Shown: positions 9,199 to 21,101, numbered from the stretch's first letter. The stretch: 64,000 nt of DNA from an uncultured Clostridia bacterium (GCA_949482135.1 CASYFC010000008.1:14033-78032); one strand, 5' to 3'. Made by a program: numbers and translations. Notes: generated by a model from the letters alone, not told the origin.

Positions 9199-12100
9199 AT
9201 GAAAAGTTTTCAAAAGAAAATTGCGATAGTGTCGGTTATAGTATGTTTACTTGCAATGGGAACTTACATTTTTGCTAGTTCAAATTCAGTACATATAACT
9301 AAACAAAATGCAAAACCAATGCTATTGCAATCTGGAGGTGGAAATGGGGTTTTATTTACAGAGGAAATCAAAGATGAAACTCAAAATCTACCTACACAAT
9401 CAATTAGAAGTGAGTTTTCAGAAACTTTGGAAACAATACAAGAATATAATGATGCAGTAAAAGTTTCAGCGTTACCAACAACATATTCTGCTGAAACAAG
9501 AGCAACAGGAAAACTCATTTATTTATCAGATATACCACATATGAGTAAATCAACTACTAAATATGGTACTATTCTTAATGATATAACATCAAGTAATACT
9601 AAAATAACAGTAAAAATTGGTGGTACAGCAACAAGTTTTGATAAAGGTATTTGGGCACATGCTACTTCTGATGTATATTATGATTTAAGAAATTTTCAAG
9701 AATATGATTATTTTTCAGCATATTTAGGATTAAATACTACATCAAATGGTGGAAATGGTGTTACATTTGTTATTTCAACATCAAATGATGGTCAAAATTG
9801 GACAGAAAAATATAGAGCAGAAGCATTGCCAAACCAAAATGCAGTAGAATGTAGAATACCTATAGAAGGAAATAGATACTTAAGACTATATGCAAATGAT
9901 AATGGAGCAAATGGTAAAGATCATTCAGTATATGCAGATGCTAAATTATTAACAGCAGATTATAGTGATGGAACAGGAGTTCCTACAGTATTTGATTTAG
10001 AAGCTCAAATCAGAAATATGGATGAAAATGATCCTAATCTTGAACATATGGTTTTACAAAGAGAATTTGTATCAAGAGTAGGAAGAACAACATTACTTGA
10101 TTTTGTAAATCAGGGTGATTCAAGTAGAGAAACACTTGGATGGTTAATGGGGGATAGTGATACTTTAGGGTTATATTTTTATGGTAGTACACCTATTGGT
10201 GGTTATAAAAATTCTTTAAATGTTTTAACAAAATTATACCAAACATATAAAAATGATTTAAATGATGATACAGTAAAAAATGGTGTACGTAATGGTGATT
10301 TATTTAAAAAAATGATTATGGCTATTTCACATACTCATTCTACATTAGTACGTTCATTTTTGCCTAATGTTGAGGAAGATGGAGTTACAAATTCAAATCG
10401 TAATGATCCAAATAGTTCACATGTATCAGATCCAGTAAGACGTTATGCAGTTTATAAAAAAATGTACTTAGCAAATAAATTAAGCGCTGTATTTCCAAAA
10501 CTAGAAGTTGAGGAAATGAAAGTTGTTGTGAGAGCACTAATATCAGATAATGAAATTGAATGGTTTAGGGATTATATTACAAGTAGAGGTCCATATACTC
10601 ATGCTTGGCTATCATATAATGCAAAATTTAGATATTTTGAGGATAAATATTATAGTGAAGAAAATAAAACTATGTGGAATAATAAATTTCACTTTTTAGA
10701 ATATGGTATACCATATCAAAAATATTTAGTTCCACAATGGATAGTTTATGCAGCGGGAACTCAATGTGTTGGTTTTGGAGATACGAGTGCTAATGCATAT
10801 AGTTCAACGGGTATACCAGCATTTCCAGTTCATCAACCTGGTCATATTGCTTATGGAGTTGCACATTATAATAGTAATGGAGATGCTTCTTGGCAATTAT
10901 ATAATTCAGGTGCAACTTGGGGAAATTCATCATATGGTACATCTACATTTTATAATGCAACTAAAAATTCTCCTACTAAACAAGCCGTATATTCATATAG
11001 AGGGTTGCTAGGCTGGGGACAACAATACTCTACTGGATGTGAAAATTTAAGTTATTTAGCAATTGCTCAAGAGGCAGTTAATGATTATAGCAATTATCTA
11101 ATAGCAGAAAAATATGTAATGCTTGCAAATGCCTATAAAGGTGATGAAGCAAAACAAGAAGAATTTTATCGTAAAGCAATAAATGCTCAAAATATAAATG
11201 TTGATGCTTGGTATGGTTTAGTACAATTATATAAAAATAGTAATGTATATACAGAAGAAGATTGTTTGAAGCTTATAAAAGAATTTCAAGTCATATATAA
11301 AGTAAGACCTCTTGCATTTTATGATTTATTTGGAATGATTATTGGAAAGATTACTACTCCAACATTAAATGCAGAAGCTGTTTCTTTAAAAACAGCAACA
11401 TTACAATGGGCTGAAGTAAGTGCAAATAGCATACATAGATCTGTTGCTCAGGTACTATTAGGTAAACCACAATCAGAACTTGCAACATTTTCATTTGATG
11501 GTCAATATGCAGGGCAAATAAGATTAGGTTCAATGTTTAATGAAAATAATAGATCAACATGGGAGTATTCAATAGATGGTGGAAAAACTTGGACAGAAAC
11601 AGATCAGTTATATGTACAATTAACAGAAACAGAATTAGTAGGTGTTAATGAAAGAGATCATATTAGAGTTCATATTATAGGTACAGAGATAAGAAGTACA
11701 ATACAAATAGATAAAACATTAATATTAACTCCTGATATGGAGCTTTATGAAAATGATGCAGAAGATACTTTTTTTGTTTATGGTAATAGAAAATTAGATT
11801 GGAAATATACTGATGATTCAGGTGGAGCTTCTGCTTGGAAATCTTATGATGAAGTAAAACCTAATTTATCAGGTAATAGAAAATTGACTGTAAGACCATC
11901 TGCTACTGGAACAAATTTACCAGCAAATGTACATGTTTTTACTTTTACTGATAATAAATATGAAGCAAATGAAACATATATTAAGGTAAAAAATTTATCA
12001 GTTGTAGACAGTACACCTTCTGGCAAGAATACACCAGCTAAAAATGCAATAGATGGGAATTTTGGTCTTTGGGAAACCCAACAATATACTCATGATTTTA

Positions 12101-15100
12101 CTAGATGGTTGTCAGCTAGTAAAACAGATGAAAATAAATTTATTACACTTGAATTTAAAGAGCCAGTATATTTATCAAGACTAGATTATATACCATCAGA
12201 TGAACAAAACCATTCAGGTCTTGGTAGCAAACCATTTCTTGGCAGAATTATGCAAGGTGAAGTTTTAGGAAGTATGGATGGAGAAAATTGGACTAAACTT
12301 GGTGATATAAATAATTGGGCAAATAATGCTTCAACAAAAACACTAAGATTTGCTGAAACACAAAAAGTAAAATATATAAAAATTATAGCAACGCAAACAA
12401 ATGATGGATATATAGGAGCTAGAGGATTCAATTTTTATGAAGATACAACAAAAGAGGCTCCACCAACAGCAACAGTTATATATAGTACAACTCAAAAAAC
12501 AAATAAAGAAGTTGTAGCAACACTTGAAAATTTTAATTCAGATACAGTTGTAGTGGAAAATGGAATAACAAGTTATACATTTACAGAAAATGGATCATAT
12601 ACTTTTAATTTAAGAGATACAGAAAATGGAAGAACAAATGAAGTTGTTGCAAGTGTTACTTGGATAGATAGGGAAAAACCATCTGCAGATATACAATATA
12701 TAGAGTTGCCAAATACTAAAGGTCATGTTCAAGCAAGAGTTGTAAATATTAGTAAAAATGTATTTATATTAGATGAACAAGATAGACCACTTAGATATAT
12801 AGAAAATAGTGGTAAGTATATTTATGAATTTAATTTTGATCCAGATACTAAACAAATAATAAATATGGTTCAAAAGGATTCAAATAATAATATTAAAATG
12901 GTAAGAGGATATAAATTATTAGATCCAAGTAAACCAGTAAGTAATATACTTGAGGATTCAACTAAGGATATTATAAGTATGGGATTTCCAGAGTCAATGA
13001 GTGCTATGGGTTATCCAGTAGACAAAGAATATATTATTGCATATTTTGCATCATACAGTGGAGCAAATATTACAAAGGAAATCATTTATGATGAAAATCT
13101 TAAAAATGCAACAGTAAACTATACAGCAGAAGAACTTGCAGAATTTAGAACACGTTATACTACAGGTATTCAAGAAGATATACTAAAATATGTATTTACT
13201 AAAAATGGAGAAAAAACATATAAATTAAGAGATAGAATTGGAAATACATCAGAAATAAAAATGTCAGTAGATTGGATAAATAGAGGTCCATATATTGCTG
13301 AGATATCTTATGATAAAGAAAGTTTAACAAAGGGAGATGTAACAGCAACACTTACATTTAAAGAAGAAGGAGTAAGAATAACTAATTTAGATGAAGGAGT
13401 TATAGAAACTTCAAATGGTGGTAAATATGTATTTACAGAAAATGGAGACTTTAGATTTAAACTTTTAGATGCCGAAAATGTTGAAAGTTATTTAGATGCA
13501 AAGGTAACTATAATAGATAGGCAAGTACCACAAGGAATTATTACTTATAATACAACAAGACCAACAAATCAAGATGTAACAGCAACAATCGATTTTGACA
13601 AAACAAATGTTACAATAACAAACAATGCTGGAAAGAACTCATATACATTTACAGAAAATGGAAGTTTCACATTTGAGTTTGTAGATGAAGCAGGGAATGT
13701 TGGAGCTACGACAGCAACAGTTGATTGTATTGATAGAACTACACCAATTGCTCAAATATCATACAGTACAACAAATCCAACAAATCAAGATGTTGTTGCA
13801 AACATAGTAGATTCTAATAAAGATATAACTATTACAAATAATAATGGTGAGAGTATATATACATTTACAGAAAATGGAGAGTTTACGTTTGAATTTGTAG
13901 ATGAAGCAGGAAATACTGGAACAGTAACAGCAAAAGTTGATTGGATTGATAAAGAAGAAATTATACCAACAATAAGTTATAGAATAAATAGCCCAACTGG
14001 AAAAGCAGAAACAGCAATAATTACATTTAATAAACCAAATGTAATTATAACAAATAATAATGGTAAAAATACACATAGATTTGAAGATAATGGAGAATTT
14101 ACATTTGAATTTAGAGATGAAGCTGGAAATACAGGAACAGCAACTGCAACAGTTAATTGGATTGATAAAGAAATTCCAACAGCTGAATTACATTATGATA
14201 GAACAATTGGGACAAAAGAACCAGTTACAGTAACATTAATAAATCCAAGTAAAGATATTATTATTACAAACAATGGTGGTAAAAATACTTATACATTTAC
14301 AAAAAATGGAAAATTTATTTTTGAGTATGAAGATAATGCTGGAAATCCAGGTGAAACTATGGCAGAGGTAACTTGGATAGATAAAGATGCACCAATTGCA
14401 ACAATCGAATATAGTACAACAGAAGATACAACAGAACCAGTAGTTGCAACTCTTCATTTAGAAGATCCAAATATGGGATTACTTCCAACAACTCAAACTT
14501 ATACATTTACAAAGAATGGGGAATATATATTTAATTTTGAAGATAGTTTAGGAAATAAAGGAACAAAGACAGCAAAAGTTAATTGGATTTATAGTGGAAA
14601 TTTAACAGCAGATATTAAATATGAAAAAACAGATGATGGAGTTTTAGCAACTCTAGTAAATGAAAGTGGAAAAATAACAATAACAAATAACGGAGGAAAT
14701 AGAACATATTTGCTTACAGATGAAAATAGTACATTCACATTTGAATATATAGACAGTTTTGGAAATGTAGGAAGAACAGAAGCAAAATTGGAAAATATGA
14801 ATGGACCTGCAACTATAAATTATAGTATTAAAACAAGTCTTACATCAGTAAATGGAAAGCCAACAATGATTGCAAAAATGAGAGCAGATCTTGTGCTTCC
14901 ACTTGGATATCAAATGAAGAAATCTACTGCTCCAAAGTATTATCTATTTGCTGAAAAAGGAACTTATACATTTGAATATATAAATAAAGATACAGGTGAA
15001 GAATATAAAGCAACAGCAACAGCTGATTGGTTCCCAGAAGTTAGTGCTGAATATAGTACAACAGAATTAACTCAAAACAGCGTAGACTTAGTAATTCATT

Positions 15101-18100
15101 TTAATAAAGATGGTGAAGAGTTACAATTAGAAAATAATTTAAATGTAGCTACTAGTAAATATCCAGAAACAATAGGATATTATATAGAGAAGAAAGAAGG
15201 AGCATTAAATACTTATACAATTAAGCACAATATAACTATTACTTTAATGTTTAAGTATCAAGGACAGAGATTATTATCACTTCCAGTCTCTGTAACTAAT
15301 ATAGACGAAGTTGAACCAGTAGGAACTATAAAATATAGTAATACAGAACCAACTTACAGAAATGTAACAGCAACAATTGAATTTAATAAACCAAATGTTA
15401 AAATTTTAAATAATGAAGGAAAAGATACATTTAGATTTGAGGAAAATGGAAGCTTTACATTTGAATATGAAGATGAAGTAGGACGTAGAAGAACATCAAC
15501 AGCTAATGTAGATTGGATTATAGAAGACTCTGATGATGTAGTACCAACTATTTTATACAGTGAGAAAGAACCAACTAACAAAGATGTTATTGCTACAATT
15601 ACATTTGATCAAGATGATGTAAGAATTGTAGATGAGCAAGGAAATGATATACCTAATGGAAATATATATACATTTACAGAAAATGGAACACATGTGTTTA
15701 ACTATATAGATAAAAAAGGAAAAGCTGGAACAGCAACAGCAGAGGTGTTTAACATAGATAAAGATGTTCCAATAGCTAATATAACATATAGCACAACTGA
15801 TAAAACTAATAAACCAGTAACAGCTAGTATTAGTTTTAATGAAGAAAATGTAATAGTTGAAGGTGGAGATACACATACATTTGAAGATAGTGGCTCATAT
15901 ACATTTAACTTTATGGATCAAGCTGGAAATAGAGGTTCAGCAGTAGCAGAAGTTGACTGGATACGTAAAACATTACCAAATGCAACGATAACTTATGATG
16001 AAACAGAATTAACATGCAGAGATGTAACAGCAACAATTAGTTTCGATTTAGAAAATGTAGATATTATAGATGAAGAAGGAAATGTAATTCCTAATGGAGA
16101 TAAATATGTATTTACAGAAAATGGAACACATACATTTAGATTTAGAGGTCCTTATGGAAATGAAGGCTCAGCAGTTGCAAGAGTAAATTACATTGATAAA
16201 GTAGTACCAGTTCCAACAATAACATATGATGTTGAAAACCAAACAAGTGGAAATGTAACAGCAACAATTACTTTTGACAAACGTAATGTAGTAGTTGAAG
16301 GTGGAAATAAACATGTATTCACTGCTAATGGAGAGCATACATTTAATTTTATGGATGAAGCTGGAAATAAAGGTTGGGCAACTGCAAAAGTAACTTGGAT
16401 TGATAGTGATTTGCCAATAGCAACAATTACTTATAATCCAGAAAGACCTGCTGGAACATCTAAAGTAAACACAGATGTTGTAGCAACAATAAGTTTTGAT
16501 CAAGAAAATATAAAAATAGTAAATAATGGTGGAAGTAACCAATATACTTTTGAACAAAATGGAGAATATGAATTTGCATTTGAAAATGCAAATGGAGAAA
16601 GAGGAACAGCACTTGCACAAGTAAGTTGGATAGATAAAGAAATTCCAAAAGCGACAATCACATACAGTACAATAAATCCAACAAATCAAGATGTAACAGC
16701 TAGCATAACATTTGATAAACCAAATGTCAGAATTACAAATAATAATGGAAGTAATACCTATACATTTACAGAAAATAATGAATTTGAATTCGAGTTTATA
16801 GGACCATCAGGAAATGCTGGAAAAGCAAAAGCAACTGTAACTTGGATTGATAAAGTTGCACCTATTGCAACAATAACATATAATCCAGAAAATTCAACCA
16901 ATGGAGATGTAGTTGCAACAATTACATTTAATGAGGAAGATGTAACAATAACAAACAATGATGGAAATAATACTTATACATTTACAGAAAATAGTGAGTT
17001 TATGTTTGAATATAGAGATAAAGCAGGTAATACAGGAAGTGAACTTGCAAAAGTAACTTGGATAGACAAAGAAGACTTAAATGCAACAATTTCATATAAT
17101 ATAAATGAACTAACAAATCAAGATGTAATAGCTAGCATTAGTTTTAACAAAGAAAATGTAACAGTAGAAGGTGGAAATACACATACATTTACAGAAAATG
17201 GAGAATATATATTTGAATATATAGATAGTGCTGGAAACAGAGGAAGCAAGCTTGCTAGGGTTGATTGGATAGATAAGAAAATACCAGTTGGAACAATCAC
17301 ATATAGTACAACAAATCCAACAAATCAAAATGTAACAGCTAGCATAAGCTTTGATAAAGAAGATGTAACAATAACAAATAATGGTGGAAATAACACATAT
17401 ATATTTACAGAAAATAGTGAATTTACTTTTGAATTTATAGATAAAGTTGGAAATATTGGAACAGCTAAAGCTTATGTAGACTGGATAGATAGAAAATTAC
17501 CAGTGGCAACAATAACTTATGATATTAATACATTAACAAATCGTGATGTTATTGCAACAATAACTTTTGATAAAAACAATGTAGAAGTAGAAGGTGGAAA
17601 TACACATACATTTACAGAGAATGGAGAATATGAATTTGCATTCATAGGACCTGCAGGAAATATTGGAACAGCTATAGCAAAAGTTACTTGGATAGATAAA
17701 AAAGCACCAGTTGCAACAATCACATATAGTACAACAAATTCAACAAATGAAGATGTAACAGCAACAGTTACATTTGATAAAGAAGATGTAATTGTTGATG
17801 GAGGAAATGTTCATACATTTACAGAAAATGGCGAGTTTACTTTTAGATATATAGATTCTGCTGGAAATACAGGAACAGCTATAGCAAAAGTTACTTGGAT
17901 AGATAAAACATTGCCAAAAGCAACAATCACATATAGTACAACAAACCCAACAAATCAAGATGTAACGGCTAGCATAAGCTTTGATAAAGAGGATGTAACA
18001 ATAACAAACAATGATGGAAAAAATACTTATACATTTACAGAAAATGGTCAATTTGAATTTGAATTTGTAGGACCTGCAGGTAATAGTGGAACAGCAATTG

Positions 18101-21072
18101 CAAAAGTAAATAACATAGATAAAGATGTTCCAGTACCAACAATCAGTTATGATATTACAAATCCAACAAATCAAAATGTAACAGCAACAATTACATTTAA
18201 TGAAGAAAATGTAACAGTAAAAGATGGAAATACACATGTATTTGAAGATAGTGGAGAATATACATTTGAATTTGAGGATAGAGCAGGAAATAGTGGTACA
18301 GCAATAGCAAGAGTTGATTGGATAAAGAAAACATTACCGAATGCAACATTCACATATGACATAAATACATTAACAAATCAAGATGTAACAGTAACAGTTA
18401 ATTTTGATAGAGAAGGAACTCAAGTTACAAATAATGATGGAAAGAATACTTATACATTTACAAGAAATGGAAGCTTTACATTTGAATTTGTAGGACCTTA
18501 TGGAAATGCAGGTGTAGCAACAGCAACAGTTGATTGGATAGATAAAGAAGAAATCATACCAACAATCACATATAGTACAACAGAGATGACAAATCAAGAT
18601 GTAACAGCAACGATTACCTTTAATAAAGAAGGTGTAACAGTAAAAGGTGGAAATATACATGTATTTGAAGATAGTGGAGAATATACATTTGAATTTGAGG
18701 ATAGAGCAGGAAATAGCGGTACAGCAATAGCAAGAGTTGACTGGTTAAAGAAAACTTTACCAAATGCAACAATCACATACAGTACAACAAATCCAACAAA
18801 TCAAGATGTAATTGCAACAATTACATTTGATATAGAAAATGTTATTGTTTTAGGTGGAAACACACATAGATTTACTGAAAACGGAACATATTTATTTGAA
18901 TTTGTTGGACCTTATGGAAATAAGGGAACAGCAATGGCAGAAGTTTATTGGATAGATAGAGATGAACCAAATGCAACAATCACATATAGTACAACAAATC
19001 CAACAAATCAAGATGTAACAGCAACAGTTACTTTTGATAAAGAAAATGTTACAATAACAAATAATGGAGGAAAAAATACTTATACATTTACAGAAAATGG
19101 AGAATTTGAATTTGAGTTTGTAGGACCTGCTGGAAATACAGGTATTGTAATTGCAACTGTAGACTGGATAGATAAGACATTACCAAAAGCAACAATAACT
19201 TATGATAAATCAGAGCCAACAAATCAAGAAGTAACTGCTAGCATTGCATTTGATAAAGAAAATGTAACAATAACAAATAACAATGGAAAAAATGCTTATA
19301 CATTTACAGAAAATGGTCAATTTGAATTTGAGTTTGTAGGACCTGCTGGAAATGCTGGTACAGCAATTGCAAATGTTACATGGATAGACAAAGAAGCTCC
19401 AGTAGCAGAAATTCGTTATAGTACAGAAAGTGCAACAAATCAAGAAGTAATAGCAACAATTACTTTTAACGAAGAGGATGTAACTGTAGAAGGAGGAAAT
19501 ACACATACATTTACAGAAAATGGAGAGTACATTTTTAAATATTCAGATAAAGCAGGAAATCAAGGTGCAAAATTAGCAAAAGTTACATGGATAGATAAGA
19601 CATTACCAGTTGCAACAATCAGTTATGATATAAACGAGCTAACAAATCAAGATGTAACAGCAACAGTTACTTTTGATAAAGAAAATGTTACAATAACAAA
19701 TAACGATGGAAAAAATACTTACACATTTACAGAAAATGGTCAATTTGAGTTTGAATTTATAGGACCTAGTGGAAATGCAGGTGTTGCAGTTGCAAGTGTA
19801 AATTGGATTGATAAAGTAGCTCCAATAGCAGAGATAGAATATTCAATAGATAAATTGACAAATCAAGATGTAGTGGCAACAGTAGTAAATCCAAGTGAAG
19901 AAATTACTTTTATAGAATCTGATGGAACACATACATTTACAGAAAATGGAGAATATGTTTTTGAATTTATCGATTCAGCTGGAAATAGAGGAACAGTAAA
20001 AGCAGAAGTATTATGGATAGATAAAATAGTTCCAGTTGCAACAATTACTTATAGTACAGAAAATGAAACAATGGATCCAGTAACAGCAACAATAACATTT
20101 GATAAAGAAAATGTAAAAATTATAAATAATGAAGAAAATAATACTTATTTATTTACAGAAAACGGAGAATTTACATTTGAATTTATAGATTTAGCTGGAA
20201 ATACAGGAACTGCAATAGCTAATGTTAATTGGATTCAAAATGATTTACCACAAGAACCAAGTTTTGAATTGAAGTTAACACCTTCAAAAAATACATTAAA
20301 TGTAGGTGAAGAATTTGAAATTGACATTGCAATTGATAATCTTAAAAACATAGAATATGGATTAGTAAGTATTTGTGGACAATTTGAATATGATGAAAGT
20401 ATACTTGAGATCTTAGAAATTAAAGGTCAAAATTCTTGGAATATGGATGAAAATTCATTTAATGATAATAACTTTAAGTTTGTAACAGAAAAAGGAGAAT
20501 ATGTATCTCAAAAAGAAAATATAATAACAATGAAATTGAAAGTAAAAGATACAGTAGAAGGACCATTAGATATTAAATTTAAGGTAATATCAGTAATTGC
20601 AAGTAATAGTGAGAATGATATTGATTCTGACAATGTAGAAATAAATCTACATATAAATGATGGAATAATAGAAGATGGAACAATAACATCTGATAATTAT
20701 AATATTGAAGAAGATATTATATCAAGAATATCACCACAAACAACAGTAGCAACATTTAAAGGAAATGTAACAGCTAATAAAGAAATTACAATAATAGATG
20801 AAGAAGGAAATACTTTAAATGATGATGGAATTCTTGCAACAGGAATGAAACTAAAATTAGATGAAAATATAGAATATACATTAGTTATCACAGGGGACAT
20901 TAATAAAGATGGTAGAATATCTATAACAGATCTTGCAAAATTAAAATTGCATATAATTGAAAAAGATGTTTTGCAAGATTGTAGATATCTAGCAGCAGAT
21001 ATAAATGGAGATGATAGAGTGTCAATAACAGACTTGGCGAAATTAAAGAAATTAATTATTGGAATAGAATAA
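9199..21072 (+). CDS. Giant secreted multidomain protein 2 (3957 aa): same module order as protein 1, with 1x A-B-discoidin unit and 34 Ig-like repeats
   Basis: Signal peptide (..GTYIFA/SS). NPCBM (LIYLSDIPHMSKST..KGIWAHATSDVYYDL..DHSVYADAKLL). Conserved Cys/His module (QCVGFGDTS..GIPAFPVHQPGHIAY). One discoidin-like unit (NAIDGNFGLWETQ). 34 repeat units. Cohesin-like SFELKLTPSKNTLNVGEEFEIDIAIDNLKNIEYGL. Dockerin DINKDGRISITDLAKLKL / DINGDDRVSITDLAKLKK. Extended -10 TGgTATAAT at 9131-9139. Confidence 0.9.
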   Translation: MKSFQKKIAIVSVIVCLLAMGTYIFASSNSVHITKQNAKPMLLQSGGGNGVLFTEEIKDETQNLPTQSIRSEFSETLETIQEYNDAVKVSALPTTYSAETRATGKLIYLSDIPHMSKSTTKYGTILNDITSSNTKITVKIGGTATSFDKGIWAHATSDVYYDLRNFQEYDYFSAYLGLNTTSNGGNGVTFVISTSNDGQNWTEKYRAEALPNQNAVECRIPIEGNRYLRLYANDNGANGKDHSVYADAKLLTADYSDGTGVPTVFDLEAQIRNMDENDPNLEHMVLQREFVSRVGRTTLLDFVNQGDSSRETLGWLMGDSDTLGLYFYGSTPIGGYKNSLNVLTKLYQTYKNDLNDDTVKNGVRNGDLFKKMIMAISHTHSTLVRSFLPNVEEDGVTNSNRNDPNSSHVSDPVRRYAVYKKMYLANKLSAVFPKLEVEEMKVVVRALISDNEIEWFRDYITSRGPYTHAWLSYNAKFRYFEDKYYSEENKTMWNNKFHFLEYGIPYQKYLVPQWIVYAAGTQCVGFGDTSANAYSSTGIPAFPVHQPGHIAYGVAHYNSNGDASWQLYNSGATWGNSSYGTSTFYNATKNSPTKQAVYSYRGLLGWGQQYSTGCENLSYLAIAQEAVNDYSNYLIAEKYVMLANAYKGDEAKQEEFYRKAINAQNINVDAWYGLVQLYKNSNVYTEEDCLKLIKEFQVIYKVRPLAFYDLFGMIIGKITTPTLNAEAVSLKTATLQWAEVSANSIHRSVAQVLLGKPQSELATFSFDGQYAGQIRLGSMFNENNRSTWEYSIDGGKTWTETDQLYVQLTETELVGVNERDHIRVHIIGTEIRSTIQIDKTLILTPDMELYENDAEDTFFVYGNRKLDWKYTDDSGGASAWKSYDEVKPNLSGNRKLTVRPSATGTNLPANVHVFTFTDNKYEANETYIKVKNLSVVDSTPSGKNTPAKNAIDGNFGLWETQQYTHDFTRWLSASKTDENKFITLEFKEPVYLSRLDYIPSDEQNHSGLGSKPFLGRIMQGEVLGSMDGENWTKLGDINNWANNASTKTLRFAETQKVKYIKIIATQTNDGYIGARGFNFYEDTTKEAPPTATVIYSTTQKTNKEVVATLENFNSDTVVVENGITSYTFTENGSYTFNLRDTENGRTNEVVASVTWIDREKPSADIQYIELPNTKGHVQARVVNISKNVFILDEQDRPLRYIENSGKYIYEFNFDPDTKQIINMVQKDSNNNIKMVRGYKLLDPSKPVSNILEDSTKDIISMGFPESMSAMGYPVDKEYIIAYFASYSGANITKEIIYDENLKNATVNYTAEELAEFRTRYTTGIQEDILKYVFTKNGEKTYKLRDRIGNTSEIKMSVDWINRGPYIAEISYDKESLTKGDVTATLTFKEEGVRITNLDEGVIETSNGGKYVFTENGDFRFKLLDAENVESYLDAKVTIIDRQVPQGIITYNTTRPTNQDVTATIDFDKTNVTITNNAGKNSYTFTENGSFTFEFVDEAGNVGATTATVDCIDRTTPIAQISYSTTNPTNQDVVANIVDSNKDITITNNNGESIYTFTENGEFTFEFVDEAGNTGTVTAKVDWIDKEEIIPTISYRINSPTGKAETAIITFNKPNVIITNNNGKNTHRFEDNGEFTFEFRDEAGNTGTATATVNWIDKEIPTAELHYDRTIGTKEPVTVTLINPSKDIIITNNGGKNTYTFTKNGKFIFEYEDNAGNPGETMAEVTWIDKDAPIATIEYSTTEDTTEPVVATLHLEDPNMGLLPTTQTYTFTKNGEYIFNFEDSLGNKGTKTAKVNWIYSGNLTADIKYEKTDDGVLATLVNESGKITITNNGGNRTYLLTDENSTFTFEYIDSFGNVGRTEAKLENMNGPATINYSIKTSLTSVNGKPTMIAKMRADLVLPLGYQMKKSTAPKYYLFAEKGTYTFEYINKDTGEEYKATATADWFPEVSAEYSTTELTQNSVDLVIHFNKDGEELQLENNLNVATSKYPETIGYYIEKKEGALNTYTIKHNITITLMFKYQGQRLLSLPVSVTNIDEVEPVGTIKYSNTEPTYRNVTATIEFNKPNVKILNNEGKDTFRFEENGSFTFEYEDEVGRRRTSTANVDWIIEDSDDVVPTILYSEKEPTNKDVIATITFDQDDVRIVDEQGNDIPNGNIYTFTENGTHVFNYIDKKGKAGTATAEVFNIDKDVPIANITYSTTDKTNKPVTASISFNEENVIVEGGDTHTFEDSGSYTFNFMDQAGNRGSAVAEVDWIRKTLPNATITYDETELTCRDVTATISFDLENVDIIDEEGNVIPNGDKYVFTENGTHTFRFRGPYGNEGSAVARVNYIDKVVPVPTITYDVENQTSGNVTATITFDKRNVVVEGGNKHVFTANGEHTFNFMDEAGNKGWATAKVTWIDSDLPIATITYNPERPAGTSKVNTDVVATISFDQENIKIVNNGGSNQYTFEQNGEYEFAFENANGERGTALAQVSWIDKEIPKATITYSTINPTNQDVTASITFDKPNVRITNNNGSNTYTFTENNEFEFEFIGPSGNAGKAKATVTWIDKVAPIATITYNPENSTNGDVVATITFNEEDVTITNNDGNNTYTFTENSEFMFEYRDKAGNTGSELAKVTWIDKEDLNATISYNINELTNQDVIASISFNKENVTVEGGNTHTFTENGEYIFEYIDSAGNRGSKLARVDWIDKKIPVGTITYSTTNPTNQNVTASISFDKEDVTITNNGGNNTYIFTENSEFTFEFIDKVGNIGTAKAYVDWIDRKLPVATITYDINTLTNRDVIATITFDKNNVEVEGGNTHTFTENGEYEFAFIGPAGNIGTAIAKVTWIDKKAPVATITYSTTNSTNEDVTATVTFDKEDVIVDGGNVHTFTENGEFTFRYIDSAGNTGTAIAKVTWIDKTLPKATITYSTTNPTNQDVTASISFDKEDVTITNNDGKNTYTFTENGQFEFEFVGPAGNSGTAIAKVNNIDKDVPVPTISYDITNPTNQNVTATITFNEENVTVKDGNTHVFEDSGEYTFEFEDRAGNSGTAIARVDWIKKTLPNATFTYDINTLTNQDVTVTVNFDREGTQVTNNDGKNTYTFTRNGSFTFEFVGPYGNAGVATATVDWIDKEEIIPTITYSTTEMTNQDVTATITFNKEGVTVKGGNIHVFEDSGEYTFEFEDRAGNSGTAIARVDWLKKTLPNATITYSTTNPTNQDVIATITFDIENVIVLGGNTHRFTENGTYLFEFVGPYGNKGTAMAEVYWIDRDEPNATITYSTTNPTNQDVTATVTFDKENVTITNNGGKNTYTFTENGEFEFEFVGPAGNTGIVIATVDWIDKTLPKATITYDKSEPTNQEVTASIAFDKENVTITNNNGKNAYTFTENGQFEFEFVGPAGNAGTAIANVTWIDKEAPVAEIRYSTESATNQEVIATITFNEEDVTVEGGNTHTFTENGEYIFKYSDKAGNQGAKLAKVTWIDKTLPVATISYDINELTNQDVTATVTFDKENVTITNNDGKNTYTFTENGQFEFEFIGPSGNAGVAVASVNWIDKVAPIAEIEYSIDKLTNQDVVATVVNPSEEITFIESDGTHTFTENGEYVFEFIDSAGNRGTVKAEVLWIDKIVPVATITYSTENETMDPVTATITFDKENVKIINNEENNTYLFTENGEFTFEFIDLAGNTGTAIANVNWIQNDLPQEPSFELKLTPSKNTLNVGEEFEIDIAIDNLKNIEYGLVSICGQFEYDESILEILEIKGQNSWNMDENSFNDNNFKFVTEKGEYVSQKENIITMKLKVKDTVEGPLDIKFKVISVIASNSENDIDSDNVEINLHINDGIIEDGTITSDNYNIEEDIISRISPQTTVATFKGNVTANKEITIIDEEGNTLNDDGILATGMKLKLDENIEYTLVITGDINKDGRISITDLAKLKLHIIEKDVLQDCRYLAADINGDDRVSITDLAKLKKLIIGIE
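12456..20245 (+). repeat. In-frame tandem array of 34 Ig-like ~70-aa units in giant gene 2
   Basis: Units counted from the translation. Units 1-13 are divergent, and unit 2 carries a large insertion (about 12700-13290). Units 14-34 are close to the consensus. Confidence 0.85.
20261..21069 (+). other. Cohesin-like module, X module and dockerin cassette of giant protein 2
   Basis: Same order as in protein 1 but clearly more divergent in sequence. Dockerin segments start near 20891. Confidence 0.65.
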
Positions 21073-21101
21073 ATAGATATAACTAATATGTATTTTTGAT
21101 G

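Noticed and set aside
12456-20245. Strong ~213-bp periodicity that could superficially suggest a CRISPR or satellite array.
   Set aside because: The periodicity is in frame within one uninterrupted ORF and corresponds to protein repeat units. There is no repeat-spacer structure and there are no short identical direct repeats separated by unique spacers.
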